From positions 1-64,000 of the IMG/VR virus record IMGVR_UViG_3300021133_000001: a DNA stretch of 64,000 nucleotides; one strand, given 5' to 3'. The DNA is from a virus. Its lineage: Duplodnaviria > Caudoviricetes. The position numbers were made by a program, and so were the translations under genes. Of the stretch, positions 37,381 to 47,589 are shown in pieces; positions within the stretch are counted from its first letter, which is position 1; each line of letters begins with the position of its first letter. Under the pieces are notes generated by a model. The model did not search any database, was not told where the DNA came from, and worked only from the letters and a program-made list of their open reading frames with translations.

Positions 37381-38435
37381 AGCGTACCGAGTTGTGTTTC
37401 TACTGCAGTTAAACGATCCGCAATAGCATCAAGTGCTGGATCAGCTTGTACTGCATCAGCAACTTGTGCAACAACAGCAGGAGCAACTGTATCAACACCA
37501 GTAGCAGAAGCAACAACATTAGCAACAGCAGCTGTTACTTGGTCTTGTACTGCTGCAGCAGGAGCAGGTAGTGCAGCAACTGCATCAGTAATAGCAGCTG
37601 TTACAGCAACTGGATCAGTTACAGTAGCAGGGTCTGCATTAACAACAGCAGCAACAGCTGTCGATACAGCAGCAACAACATCAGGATGATCTGCTGCAGG
37701 TGCTTGTGCAACATCAGCAACAACGTTAGTTATAACAGTTGCAGCAGCAGGAACATCTGCGCTTGGGCTATCTGCTACTACGCTTGCAGCAACTGCTTGA
37801 GCTGTAGCTTCTGGTACTGGATCAGCTGCAACGATATCTGCAACTGTATTAGTTATTGGGCAAGCAGCAACTGCGTCAGCAACAGCGGCTGTAGTAGCAT
37901 CGCTTGGAGCTGTGCCTGTAGCAGCTGTAACAATAGCAGCAACAGCATCAGTAGCAGCTTGAGCTTGAACAGGATCTGTAATAGCAGGAGCAGCAGCAAC
38001 TGCATCAGTAATAGCTGCTGTAACTGCTACTGGATCTTGTACTGTAGCAGGATCAGCTGTAACTACAGCAGTAACTGCGGCACCAACAGCTGCAGCAACG
38101 TCTGGGTTAGCAACAGCAGGTGCAGCGGCTTGAGCAGCAACTACATCTGATACAATATCAGCAGCAGCAGGTACTGCAGCAGATGGACTTAAAGCGACGA
38201 CAGCATCAACTGGAGCTGGTGCTTGGGTAGCTGGAGCAACTACAATAGCAGCAACTGCATCAGCAGCTGGTTTTGTGACGAGATCGTTTACTGTTTTTTC
38301 AACAATAGTAAGACGAGTATCTAGTTCTTGGATGCTAGCAGCATCAACGCCAGGAGCCTGTAGGCCTGCCAGCGTGGTTAATTTGGTTTCTACCGCAGTT
38401 AAACGTGCGGCTAAGGATTCAATTGTGTTTGCCAT
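37371..38435 (-). CDS. Ala/Val/Asp/Pro-rich protein with two internal ~110-aa repeats and terminal coiled coils
   Basis: RLT(A/I)VE three times; no aromatic residues; TAAATA upstream. Confidence 0.85.
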   Translation of the reverse strand: MANTIESLAARLTAVETKLTTLAGLQAPGVDAASIQELDTRLTIVEKTVNDLVTKPAADAVAAIVVAPATQAPAPVDAVVALSPSAAVPAAADIVSDVVAAQAAAPAVANPDVAAAVGAAVTAVVTADPATVQDPVAVTAAITDAVAAAPAITDPVQAQAATDAVAAIVTAATGTAPSDATTAAVADAVAACPITNTVADIVAADPVPEATAQAVAASVVADSPSADVPAAATVITNVVADVAQAPAADHPDVVAAVSTAVAAVVNADPATVTDPVAVTAAITDAVAALPAPAAAVQDQVTAAVANVVASATGVDTVAPAVVAQVADAVQADPALDAIADRLTAVETQLGTLGK

Positions 38436-38540
38436 AGGTTCAAATAATATTTACACAAAAAAAAGCTCCGAGGGTGTCGGAACTTAAAAAAACTTAAACT
38501 ATTTTGCAAGGTTAATTTTTTTCACCTCCACCATTTACCA

Positions 38541-39299
38541 TTAGCGGTAAAACTTTGGCATTTGACGGTTACCATCCCAGTTTTCGCCCCACACAGGTGC
38601 ACGAGAACAGATATGATAAACGAAAGTAGCAGGTAGTAAGCGTCTCTTACTTTCAGGCCAGAGAGCTGAAAACATTGTATCGTCGTGAGCAGCTGAACCT
38701 AATGAGTAAGGATAGCTTTTCTGACAGCTTGCGTTCCATAATTGGAAATAACCGAGAGGTAGATAACCGTTTAATTGACTTACAAAGCGATGACCTACTT
38801 TACGGTCGATTTTTGGACCAGCTAAAAAAGTATGTTGATGTGAATCACCATCTAGTACTTGTTGTAATTCGTCTTTACCGATTACATCTATACGATCTGC
38901 ACCATATAAACAGGTACGATCGAGGTGCGTATGATTAAATAACATTCTCTTAAAGTTTTCAGGTAGAAGAATATCTGTATCTAAATGTAAGCGCCAACCG
39001 TGATACTGAAAATAATTCATGCCAGCATTAATAGCAGCTCCCTTATTAAAGTTACGGCCATTTTTTTGAAACAAATCTGTTGGTACGCAAATTGCACCGT
39101 GTTTGCGGCAGACGTTTTGGGTATCATAATCATCGTGAGCAGTCACAACAATAAATGTATCAGTCTGTTCAATATTTTCGTCAAGTGTAACATCAAGAAG
39201 GTCAGCAAAGCCAACCGACGTAGTGACCACTTCTAAACGAGTAGAATCTTGGTCGTATAAACTGGAATTACCAGTTGGATTATAATAGTAAGAGCTCAT
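38541..39299 (-). CDS. GT-A glycosyltransferase-like protein
   Basis: FNKGAAINAG, HLDTDI (DxD), GYFQL, DTMF. Confidence 0.75.
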   Translation of the reverse strand: MSSYYYNPTGNSSLYDQDSTRLEVVTTSVGFADLLDVTLDENIEQTDTFIVVTAHDDYDTQNVCRKHGAICVPTDLFQKNGRNFNKGAAINAGMNYFQYHGWRLHLDTDILLPENFKRMLFNHTHLDRTCLYGADRIDVIGKDELQQVLDGDSHQHTFLAGPKIDRKVGHRFVSQLNGYLPLGYFQLWNASCQKSYPYSLGSAAHDDTMFSALWPESKRRLLPATFVYHICSRAPVWGENWDGNRQMPKFYR

Positions 39300-39342
39300 A
39301 TATAGGAAATATTTATTAAACTTATAAAAAAAATAAATAATT

Positions 39343-39528
39343 CTACTTTATTTCTTTATTGTTATCTAACAATTTTTCAGTCTTCTCTAATATAGGACGT
39401 AAATAGTTTACTGTGAAGTACTCAGCTTCTTCGTTGCTACCTGCATATGCAACAACTTTAGCAACTTCACTAAGTTGGCGTAAGTTAAAATAAAGTTCGT
39501 CATTAGGGATGTGTTTAATGCGTTTCAT
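39343..39528 (-). CDS. Hypothetical protein
   Basis: ORF; start revised to MKRIKH after promoter. Confidence 0.6.
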   Translation of the reverse strand: MKRIKHIPNDELYFNLRQLSEVAKVVAYAGSNEEAEYFTVNYLRPILEKTEKLLDNNKEIK

Positions 39529-39560
39529 AGTACCTATTATCGGTACTTTACACATAAACA

Positions 39561-40565
39561 TCAAGCTTTATTTTTAAGATAAGCTTCTATTTTTAGCATT
39601 GATTGCTTGACTGCCATCCACATATCAAGATAGGTGTATGTTGCTAATCTACCTGTAAAAATAACGTTATCTTCTACATCTGCAAGCTTTTTATATTTTG
39701 CATACAACTCCCCACCAGGTCCAAACGGCATCGGATAAAAAGGTATATTACTTTCATTGTGCTCAATGGATCGCTCGGAAGTAATAATCGTAGGTCCTTT
39801 ATGATTAACTGTAAAGTAGCTATGATCATACATTCTAGTAAACTGAACGTCCGCAGTATTAAAGTTAGTAACACAATTATTTAACCTTTTATACGAAAAC
39901 TGATGTATAAATTCCAACGATCTATATGGTAATCTACCGAACTTATAACCGTAAAACTCATCTATCTTACCTGTATAAACTGTAAGATCTGCTTTCTTAG
40001 TCATCCAAGTATACTGACTAACACCTAAATGTACTTTGATACCTTTAAGCATCTTTTCAAACATCTTTGTATACCCTTCTGCTGGCATGCATTGATACTT
40101 TTGACCTTCATACCAAGTAGGGTCTTCACAGTCTTTAGTTTTAGGTACCCTATTAGTAATTGATTTAGGTATTTGATCGAATGGAACACCCCATTGCTTT
40201 TCAGAATAGTCTTTAAAGATGTATTTTATTATTTCTTCTTGAGTCAACTCTCTACCAATATCTTTTACTGTCTTTTTGCTGTATGGTAAAGATATGGTAC
40301 CTAGCTCAGTTACACCTTTAGGTTTATTATCAAATGGAAACCATTCTGTGTATCTACTTAAGAACAAATACACTTCTTCATCGTCAGTATGAAAGAAGTG
40401 AGGGCCATAGCTATGTACTAAGGTACCGGCTACGTTAGAATCATAGCAATTACCACCAATGTGGTTACGTGTTTCATATATATCTACCTTATAACCGGCT
40501 TCTTTTAATAAAATAGCAGCAGTTACACCAGATAACCCACATCCAACTATCTTAGCAGTTTTCAT
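39561..40565 (-). CDS. glf: UDP-galactopyranose mutase
   Basis: VGCGLSG, HIGGNCYD, YGPHFFHT, YSEKQWG, LPYRSL, GRLATYTYLDM. Confidence 0.95.
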   Translation of the reverse strand: MKTAKIVGCGLSGVTAAILLKEAGYKVDIYETRNHIGGNCYDSNVAGTLVHSYGPHFFHTDDEEVYLFLSRYTEWFPFDNKPKGVTELGTISLPYSKKTVKDIGRELTQEEIIKYIFKDYSEKQWGVPFDQIPKSITNRVPKTKDCEDPTWYEGQKYQCMPAEGYTKMFEKMLKGIKVHLGVSQYTWMTKKADLTVYTGKIDEFYGYKFGRLPYRSLEFIHQFSYKRLNNCVTNFNTADVQFTRMYDHSYFTVNHKGPTIITSERSIEHNESNIPFYPMPFGPGGELYAKYKKLADVEDNVIFTGRLATYTYLDMWMAVKQSMLKIEAYLKNKA

Positions 40566-41695
40566 TTTAACTTAGCTTCAAGAAAGCTCTTATTAGCAAT
40601 AAGTCTTTCTTTCCAATCAGCAAACTCAGGATCATCAATAATTTCGTTAACTAGATCTAAACCTTCTTGGTATCTACCTGTCCAGTAACATGATACAGAT
40701 AACTCATCGTTAACGTATTTTCCGTATACTTTTTCGTTGACAAACAATACATATTTTGTGTTAACTAATGCTAAAGACTTAGACTTACTTTCTTTTAAGT
40801 GTTTATAGCCTTCTTCCCACATTTGCAAATTGTTTAAGTACCTACCTAATATATAATGCGGTTCAGATCTATCCGGAAACATATTAATAGCAAGCTGCAT
40901 TTCGTATTTTATTTGATCAACAGGCGCTTTTAATTCTATTAAACATTGAGCTACTCTCATTTGAGATTCAAAGCATTCTTCTATCCAAGTATTTTTTAAT
41001 TTCAAGTATAGTCTATACCATTGCATAGACTCTTTCCACATACTACTGTCAAAGTAGCTTTGAGCAGTATAAAATGCAGAACGATTATTAAGACCATCTG
41101 GATCATCTATTAATGTCTCAAAAAATTGCTTAGTTAAACGTTCAGCATCATAAAAATATTTCTTAGGATCAAATGCTCTTGAGCCTATAGGGTCGCATCT
41201 AATGTAGAAGTCTTTATCAGATAAATCTCCTGCACTAAAATTTGGGTTTTCGACACATTTAATAATAGTGTGTGCAACCCCACAAAACCTCCAAGTATAT
41301 TTGCCACTATATAATATAGTAGTTTTAAAAGAAGAGGAGCCTCTTCTATTTAACAGGTAGTATGCATCTTTATTATCATCTGGTAATTCAATATCTCCAA
41401 ACAACAAATCATCTGCATCTATATGTAAAATGTAATCAGCTTTGCCTCTAGCACGTGCCATCATTAAGCACTTGTTTTTATCAAAGCCCTGCCAAGCATC
41501 TACAAAGAGCTCTCCTGGTATGTTTTTTTCTTTAAAGAAATCTCTTACAATATCACAAGTTCTATCGGTTGAACCTGTATCGCAAACGATCCAGTAATCA
41601 ATAGATTTATAAACAGACTCAAGAGTCTTTTGAATACAGTGTTCTTCGTTCTTGCACATTGTTGCAAAAACGATTGTGGGTCTTGTTTTAGTCAT
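40562..41695 (-). CDS. GT2 glycosyltransferase with TPR-like C-terminus
   Basis: KNEE, DTGSTD, HIDADD, helical repeats. Confidence 0.88.
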   Translation of the reverse strand: MTKTRPTIVFATMCKNEEHCIQKTLESVYKSIDYWIVCDTGSTDRTCDIVRDFFKEKNIPGELFVDAWQGFDKNKCLMMARARGKADYILHIDADDLLFGDIELPDDNKDAYYLLNRRGSSSFKTTILYSGKYTWRFCGVAHTIIKCVENPNFSAGDLSDKDFYIRCDPIGSRAFDPKKYFYDAERLTKQFFETLIDDPDGLNNRSAFYTAQSYFDSSMWKESMQWYRLYLKLKNTWIEECFESQMRVAQCLIELKAPVDQIKYEMQLAINMFPDRSEPHYILGRYLNNLQMWEEGYKHLKESKSKSLALVNTKYVLFVNEKVYGKYVNDELSVSCYWTGRYQEGLDLVNEIIDDPEFADWKERLIANKSFLEAKLK

Positions 41696-42720
41696 TATTC
41701 TTTTACGTTAAAGAAGTACAGATGAAATAATCTACCGTTTTCTTTTGTGTCTCCATAGTAGCCTGTTGCAGCATGTAACGCACGAGCGTTAAATATGACT
41801 AACCTATTATATACATTTGCTACTGTATCGACTATTTCAAAGTTATTTACATCATAGAAATTATTACCATTAAAGCTTAAAGAGTCTAAATCTTCTTTAG
41901 TACGCTCTAAGCGTTTTGCATCTTCATCTGTTGCAGCTGTCATTAAACCAGTAATTTTACTTTTTAATGTGCGGGTACCGGTTTGTAGTGGTGCATCTGG
42001 TGATAGATAGACCATCGCTGCGTACTGTTGTGTATCGTAGTGATAAACTACATTGTCTTTAGCGACACAATATTGAAATACTCCAGTTGCTCCAACAAAT
42101 TCAGTTACCTCCTTATTAAGCAATCTACTAAACTCTGCTTTTACCCAACTAGGTATATATTGTCTTTCTGTACGAGCACCTTTGTGATATTTTTCGTTAT
42201 GCTTAAATTCTTGTTGTAAAACGTAATCTCTAACAGCGTCTGGGTTTGCATAAAAGTTATCTACAACAATTAAATCTGGCCCTTTATATTTGTTAAGAGT
42301 AATAACACTATCTACAGGATCAGTAGGTTTAGTAATATGTATAACAGGAGATACTACTGTGATTGTAAATACATTATTACCCCTAACAGTAATTGAATAT
42401 GTTCCTGGTAAAGCATCAAATACTAATTCGAATCCACTTTTAAGAAATTTTTCTGAACTATTATATAAATAGTACTCCTTAACGTCTAGACGGTCAACAA
42501 CATTTATCCCGTATGTAACACGTGTGCCTGGTGTTTGACCTGTTATTCTAATATCATCAGCTGTAATTAGCGTGTCAGTACTAGTATCAACTACCCACCC
42601 TGTTACACGGCAACCTATACCTGTAGGATTAGTATTTTTGTTCATATCGTTAACATAACCGTTAACGTTACTTTGTGTATCAATATATCCTATAAAGTTT
42701 TTATTGTTTGTCTCGTGCAT
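41695..42720 (-). CDS. DUF6445-like 2OG-Fe(II) oxygenase-fold protein with extra N-terminal domain
   Basis: VVDNFYANPD, HYD, YNRLVIF...HAA, RLF. Confidence 0.7.
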   Translation of the reverse strand: MHETNNKNFIGYIDTQSNVNGYVNDMNKNTNPTGIGCRVTGWVVDTSTDTLITADDIRITGQTPGTRVTYGINVVDRLDVKEYYLYNSSEKFLKSGFELVFDALPGTYSITVRGNNVFTITVVSPVIHITKPTDPVDSVITLNKYKGPDLIVVDNFYANPDAVRDYVLQQEFKHNEKYHKGARTERQYIPSWVKAEFSRLLNKEVTEFVGATGVFQYCVAKDNVVYHYDTQQYAAMVYLSPDAPLQTGTRTLKSKITGLMTAATDEDAKRLERTKEDLDSLSFNGNNFYDVNNFEIVDTVANVYNRLVIFNARALHAATGYYGDTKENGRLFHLYFFNVKE

Positions 42721-42734
42721 ATAAATATTTAAGG

Positions 42735-43946
42735 TTAGATCTCGGTTACTCCAGGTATAATGTATCTAAGTTGGTCGTTTTTAATAGCGGTTAAATGTGC
42801 AGTTACATACTCTATTTTATTCTGTTTATGGTAATCTGACGGACACCAATCTTTTACATAAGTGGATTGAAATTTCACTTTAGTATTGATAAAGTTTGCA
42901 AAAGTTTTTTTAGTATAATACCAAAATGAATTAGCGTTCCAATACGACGCATGTGTAGGGTCCTGAAAAGCTCCTCTACCATCTGTAGAAGGTGTACTTG
43001 AAAGTAACATACCACCGTGAGCAAGTAATCTCCACATTCTTTCCATCGATTTAACAGGATCTTTATATAACTGTAAAGCATCATCTGCTAATATAAGACC
43101 TACTGAATCTTCTTTAATTGTACCAATTGTATCTAAATCAATTTTAACGCAATCAGGTTTAGTATAACGTTTACTAATATCTACTATTAGTAAATTATTA
43201 TCTTTGCACCATCTACGCATCATCTGTTCAATATACTTTTCGTATAGTACCCAAGTATATTCTTGTATCCATTTGTTTAGTTCTTGTGAAGCAAAAGAAT
43301 TAGTAGCATGATAATAATACACATACAGTACTTTTTCTATTTTATACATCTTACCTTCAATATAAGTACGACACATTAAGTCTTGATCATCTAGCGCCTT
43401 TAATGTTTTATCGTGACCACCTAAACGTTTATAAAAATCTCTATTCCATACTCTAATATGATTAGGTGCAAACCAAATACGCGATACAGACTGAGGGGTA
43501 GGTAAGAACGTTCTGTTAATAGTGTATACTATGCCTTTATATGTATACGGATAATAAGCCCAGTTATTGTTAGAATTGAATACATTAGCTGTATTACCGG
43601 GCATTAAATCTATACCATCAGAATATATAAAATCACATACGTTTTCTTTAGCTGCTTTTAATATCTCTTCTACACAGTCTGGTGTAATTTCATCATCATG
43701 ATCAACTTCAGCTAGCCACTCTCCTAAACCTTGATTGAATGCATAGTTCTTAATTGCACCAATTAATTTACTATCTTCTAAGTACGGTACAATACGTATC
43801 CAATCTTCTTTAGGTAAAAAAGAAACATCAGCACTATTGTTGGGTACCACTACCCATTCAAAATCTTTACACGTCTGTATTTTAAGAGACTCGTAAAGTC
43901 TCATTAAATAGTCAGGTTTATGAGTTGGTGTTATTATTGATAACAT
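42735..43946 (-). CDS. GT2 plus degenerate methyltransferase fusion
   Basis: SIITPT, EVDHDD, DDQDL; C-terminal R.L.HGG...TPSTDGRGAFQDPTH. Confidence 0.85.
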   Translation of the reverse strand: MLSIITPTHKPDYLMRLYESLKIQTCKDFEWVVVPNNSADVSFLPKEDWIRIVPYLEDSKLIGAIKNYAFNQGLGEWLAEVDHDDEITPDCVEEILKAAKENVCDFIYSDGIDLMPGNTANVFNSNNNWAYYPYTYKGIVYTINRTFLPTPQSVSRIWFAPNHIRVWNRDFYKRLGGHDKTLKALDDQDLMCRTYIEGKMYKIEKVLYVYYYHATNSFASQELNKWIQEYTWVLYEKYIEQMMRRWCKDNNLLIVDISKRYTKPDCVKIDLDTIGTIKEDSVGLILADDALQLYKDPVKSMERMWRLLAHGGMLLSSTPSTDGRGAFQDPTHASYWNANSFWYYTKKTFANFINTKVKFQSTYVKDWCPSDYHKQNKIEYVTAHLTAIKNDQLRYIIPGVTEI

Positions 43947-44637
43947 GTTTCTTTTTAAATCGTTCAAATATTTCTTCTGTGCGTCTACCCCCGTTACCTA
44001 CCCCTTTTACTGTATATGTAAAACAAGCTTCCGGGTTTTTAATAATACGGTAACCCGCTTTAGAGATACGCACCCAGTAGTCCCAGTCTTCTATACTGTT
44101 GAGTGTAGGGTCAAAATAACCTACTTCCTTAATACATTCTTTTTTATGTATTACCCCTGAAACGAAGATAAAATTACCTCTAATGAGCTCTTCTGTGCCT
44201 GGAAACGTTTCTGGGTTTGATATACCAAAAGGTACTGCTACTGTACCATCTAAAAAACGGTGACGTACAGCAGAGTAAACCATGTCTGGTTTTTCTCTAT
44301 CTATTACTGCCATTTGCTTTTTAAGATAGTCTGAATCCCATACATCATCACTATCACAGTATGCTATGTATTCAAAATCTAAAGAATGATTTATAATATT
44401 AAGTGCTTGGTTACGCGCTGTACTGACCCCGCCATTTTCTTTAATTATAGTACACATTTTCATTTGATCAAAACCAAGCCCGCTTAAAGAACGTACTAAG
44501 CTGTTCTCAGATTTAGATCCGTCATCAACTATAAATAATGTCCAGTCTTTATACGTCTGTGCAAACACAGCTTGTACAGATTTAACGAGAAGGTCTTTCT
44601 CGTTATAATATGGCATTACTATAGCTACTCTACTCAC
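43918..44637 (-). CDS. GT2 glycosyltransferase
   Basis: VMPYYN, VDDGS, NGGVSTARN, CDSDD, EDWDYW. Confidence 0.92.
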   Translation of the reverse strand: MSRVAIVMPYYNEKDLLVKSVQAVFAQTYKDWTLFIVDDGSKSENSLVRSLSGLGFDQMKMCTIIKENGGVSTARNQALNIINHSLDFEYIAYCDSDDVWDSDYLKKQMAVIDREKPDMVYSAVRHRFLDGTVAVPFGISNPETFPGTEELIRGNFIFVSGVIHKKECIKEVGYFDPTLNSIEDWDYWVRISKAGYRIIKNPEACFTYTVKGVGNGGRRTEEIFERFKKKHVINNNTNS

Positions 44638-45398
44638 TTAAGAATTTCGTTACGTATTTTAGTTGCTGATATTTCTTGTAGTTTCTTATCAAGATCAATC
44701 TGCTCAATCTTATAACCTACATCTCTACCATAAAATATGTTAGTGATATTAGGGACACGTATTATAGTGTATTTACCTTCATAATCAAGCATACCTTTAC
44801 GTATATTAGCTTCTACTTCTTCAAATGAGAAAGGATTCTTTTCATCTGTACCTTGTGTATCTCTAATAGCGATACAAACTTGCCCGACCCGATTAATACC
44901 CTCTACAATTAAAGCTTTGTGGCCATCGTGGAATGGTTGATATCGACCGAGCATAAATGCTGTAGGTGCTTTCGAATTAAACGTAGGAATAAGTTGCTTT
45001 TTAATTTTAGTAGCCCAATACAAAGGCGAACCCTCATCAGTCACCACTACATCTGGATCATCTGGTGGTACAAATAGCTTAGTTGTATCGGCAAAGTCTC
45101 TAACCGGTGTTCTATTTACCCAAACTATAAATGCGTCCCCAAAAGCAGCTCTCGTTTCAGGAATAGGGCAAACAAAATCAGCCACAGCAAATTGCCCAGA
45201 ACGAGTAACGATATCACAAAGCAATCCCATTCTTCGGGCTTGCTCCAATCGATCCTCCACGGAAAACTTAAGATCCTTATTAATTTCTTTGCGTATTTCA
45301 TCAGCGTTAAAATGTACAGCGTTTAGTAACTTTGCTAATTCTAAAGCAAGAGTTGTTTTACCAGCGCCGGGTAATCCCATTATTAAGATCTTCTTCAT
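44634..45398 (-). CDS. cysC: Adenylylsulfate kinase-like P-loop domain fused to an HxGH nucleotidyltransferase
   Basis: GLPGAGKT, NADEIR, FSxEDR, FVCP; then GRYQPFHDGH and ISATKIR. Confidence 0.8.
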   Translation of the reverse strand: MKKILIMGLPGAGKTTLALELAKLLNAVHFNADEIRKEINKDLKFSVEDRLEQARRMGLLCDIVTRSGQFAVADFVCPIPETRAAFGDAFIVWVNRTPVRDFADTTKLFVPPDDPDVVVTDEGSPLYWATKIKKQLIPTFNSKAPTAFMLGRYQPFHDGHKALIVEGINRVGQVCIAIRDTQGTDEKNPFSFEEVEANIRKGMLDYEGKYTIIRVPNITNIFYGRDVGYKIEQIDLDKKLQEISATKIRNEILK

Positions 45399-45432
45399 AC
45401 ATATACATAAGAAGAAACCTTAAGAAATCAAG

Positions 45433-46074
45433 TTACATTTTATCGAACTTACTTGCTAATCCTGCTATATCAGATTGTTGAAACTTGAATGCTAATGTTG
45501 CACCTGCAGGTCCTAATAATGCTATTAAACCTGATGGTAAATGAGTAGACAACGCACCTAAATGGGGTATAACATATGATTGTATCATTGGTATTGCTGC
45601 TACTGCTGCTGATATAAGAAATGCTTTAGACTTGGCAATGTTAACTTTTTTAATTTGATCTTTACAACGTTCTTTATGAACCTTCATTAATGTTGCGCTA
45701 ATAGCAGCATCTGCCATAATCATTTTGTTATATGCTTCTCGGTCAAAGTAAGCAATCTTAACTGGCGTTTTAGCCTTAACAGTAGCGTTGCGTGGTGCAC
45801 CAGATACTAAAGCTCCTTCTCCAACGAACACTCCCGGTGGCAAGGTTGCAAGAAACACTTCCTTATCTCCTGCTTGTTTAACGACATCAACTTGCCCGGA
45901 TAGAACCACAAACATGAACTCTCCGATGTCGCCCTCTTTAATGATAACCTCACCAGCTGGGTGCTCTTTTGCGGTTGGAAAGGTAGCAATCTTTTTTACA
46001 ATCTTTGGTGGAACACCAGCAAATAAAGCAGATGCTTGAATCTCTTCAAATTTAACTTTTAGTTTCTTAGCCAT
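45433..46074 (-). CDS. Cyclic-nucleotide-binding domain protein with two C-terminal hydrophobic segments
   Basis: IIKEGDxG, GEGALVSGAPRNATV phosphate-binding cassette; no HTH. Confidence 0.9.
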   Translation of the reverse strand: MAKKLKVKFEEIQASALFAGVPPKIVKKIATFPTAKEHPAGEVIIKEGDIGEFMFVVLSGQVDVVKQAGDKEVFLATLPPGVFVGEGALVSGAPRNATVKAKTPVKIAYFDREAYNKMIMADAAISATLMKVHKERCKDQIKKVNIAKSKAFLISAAVAAIPMIQSYVIPHLGALSTHLPSGLIALLGPAGATLAFKFQQSDIAGLASKFDKM

Positions 46075-46258
46075 TATCTACTGGTACAAGCACTGAGCCC
46101 TCAGAAGTATCAGCTAACACGTACATTTGGTTCTGTTTAGAGCGTAATTTGCTTGCTGGTATATCAGTCAATAAGATTTTATTGTCTGGTTGAAGGACTG
46201 TCATAAAGTCTTTGGAAGGGAAGTATACGGGTAAGGTTTTGACAAATGCTTCGTTCAT
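46067..46258 (-). CDS. Hypothetical protein
   Basis: ORF; TAAGTA upstream; overlaps the cNMP gene start. Confidence 0.65.
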   Translation of the reverse strand: MNEAFVKTLPVYFPSKDFMTVLQPDNKILLTDIPASKLRSKQNQMYVLADTSEGSVLVPVDNG

Positions 46259-46284
46259 ATAGTATTACTTAGCTAAATATAGAT

Positions 46285-46743
46285 ATGAAATACCTGCTAT
46301 TATTAGCATTTATGGCAAGTCTTGCCAACGCAACACAACAGACTTTCGCATTTAAGTCATCAGCTTTCCAAACTAACGGGTCATTTTCTGGCTACGAGTT
46401 AACTTTAGAAAACACCGGTTACAATAGACAGCAAACTATTATAGCTACTCAGGAAGCTGCTGCTTCTACAGCTGCTGCTGCTGCACAAAACACCCCTATC
46501 AATCAGTTTATTAGTGGTTTACAGGCACGTATCTATTCACAAATTGCTGCTAATTTAACTTCTCAATTGTTTTCTACTACTGCTACACAAGGTACATTTA
46601 ATTTGCCTTCAGGTGCTACAGTTAACTGGGTAGAGAATAAAGGCATTGCTACTTTACAGATTTACGATCCAACTACTAACACAACAACATCTATACAAAT
46701 ACCTGTAGGTACGTTATTAGCAGCTGGTGCTACTGGAGGTTAA
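46285..46743 (+). CDS. csgF: Curli assembly protein CsgF-like
   Basis: Signal peptide, F.FKSSAF, F.SGLQARIYSQIA, YDPTT.TTTSIQIP; upstream of csgG. Confidence 0.75.
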   Translation: MKYLLLLAFMASLANATQQTFAFKSSAFQTNGSFSGYELTLENTGYNRQQTIIATQEAAASTAAAAAQNTPINQFISGLQARIYSQIAANLTSQLFSTTATQGTFNLPSGATVNWVENKGIATLQIYDPTTNTTTSIQIPVGTLLAAGATGG

Positions 46744-46744
46744 T

Positions 46745-47545
46745 ATGAAATACGTTTTACTACTTTGCTTACTTTTAACAGGGTGCCAGACTTACAAAAT
46801 GGCTGTACATCCTTATGAAGCTCAAGATAAACCTGTATTACAGGAGAGTCCTTTAGTTAAGCAGTTAAGAGCACTGCCACCTTTAGATGCACCACAAATG
46901 ACTATTGCTGTGTATAAGTTTAGCGACTTAACCGGACAGCGTAAAACGTCAAACAATTTAGCTCTATTCAGTTCTGCTGTTACCCAGGGTGCTGAGTCAT
47001 ATTTGGTAGAAAGTTTACAGGCAGCAAACAACGGCGGCTATTTTAAGGTATTAGAGCGTACAGGGCTTGATGATATTGTTAAAGAGCGTCAAATGTTAAG
47101 GCAGGCGAAAGAAGACTTTGAAAATACTAAATCACCTGGTACGTTACCTCTATTGTTTGCGGGGGTATTGGTTGAGGGCGGTATCATTGGGTACGATTCA
47201 GACATTATTACAGGGGGTATTGGTGCAAATGTACTCAACATTGGTGCACAAGAACAATACAGCAAAGATGTAGTAACTGTTACGTTACGATTGGTAAGTG
47301 TAAATACTTCGGAAGTTTTATTGAGCGTTACCACCACCAAGACTGTATTTTCCGTTAATATAAATGGCAATTTAATGAGTTGGTACTCAAATGGAACAAA
47401 ATATTCTGAAGGAGAGCTTGGATTCGCAAATAATGAATCCGGTAACGTTGCTGTTAGAGCTGCTATTGATCAAGCAGTTATAGAGCTAATCCATAAGGGT
47501 GAGAAGCAAGGATTGTGGAAGTTTAAGGGTAATAGTAAAAACTAA
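46745..47545 (+). CDS. csgG: Curli secretion channel CsgG-like lipoprotein
   Basis: Lipobox LTGC; AVYKFSDLTGQRK, SAVTQGA, VLERxGL..ERQ, EGGIIGYD. Confidence 0.93.
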   Translation: MKYVLLLCLLLTGCQTYKMAVHPYEAQDKPVLQESPLVKQLRALPPLDAPQMTIAVYKFSDLTGQRKTSNNLALFSSAVTQGAESYLVESLQAANNGGYFKVLERTGLDDIVKERQMLRQAKEDFENTKSPGTLPLLFAGVLVEGGIIGYDSDIITGGIGANVLNIGAQEQYSKDVVTVTLRLVSVNTSEVLLSVTTTKTVFSVNINGNLMSWYSNGTKYSEGELGFANNESGNVAVRAAIDQAVIELIHKGEKQGLWKFKGNSKN

Positions 47546-47589
47546 TAATCTTATATAAAAATAGTAAGTATAGACAACACCCAAAGTCT

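Noticed and set aside
37686-38150. Cys/Ser-rich + strand ORF resembling a RiPP precursor or metallothionein
   Set aside because: Antisense shadow of the GCT/GCA-rich Ala gene 37371-38435; no promoter or independent support
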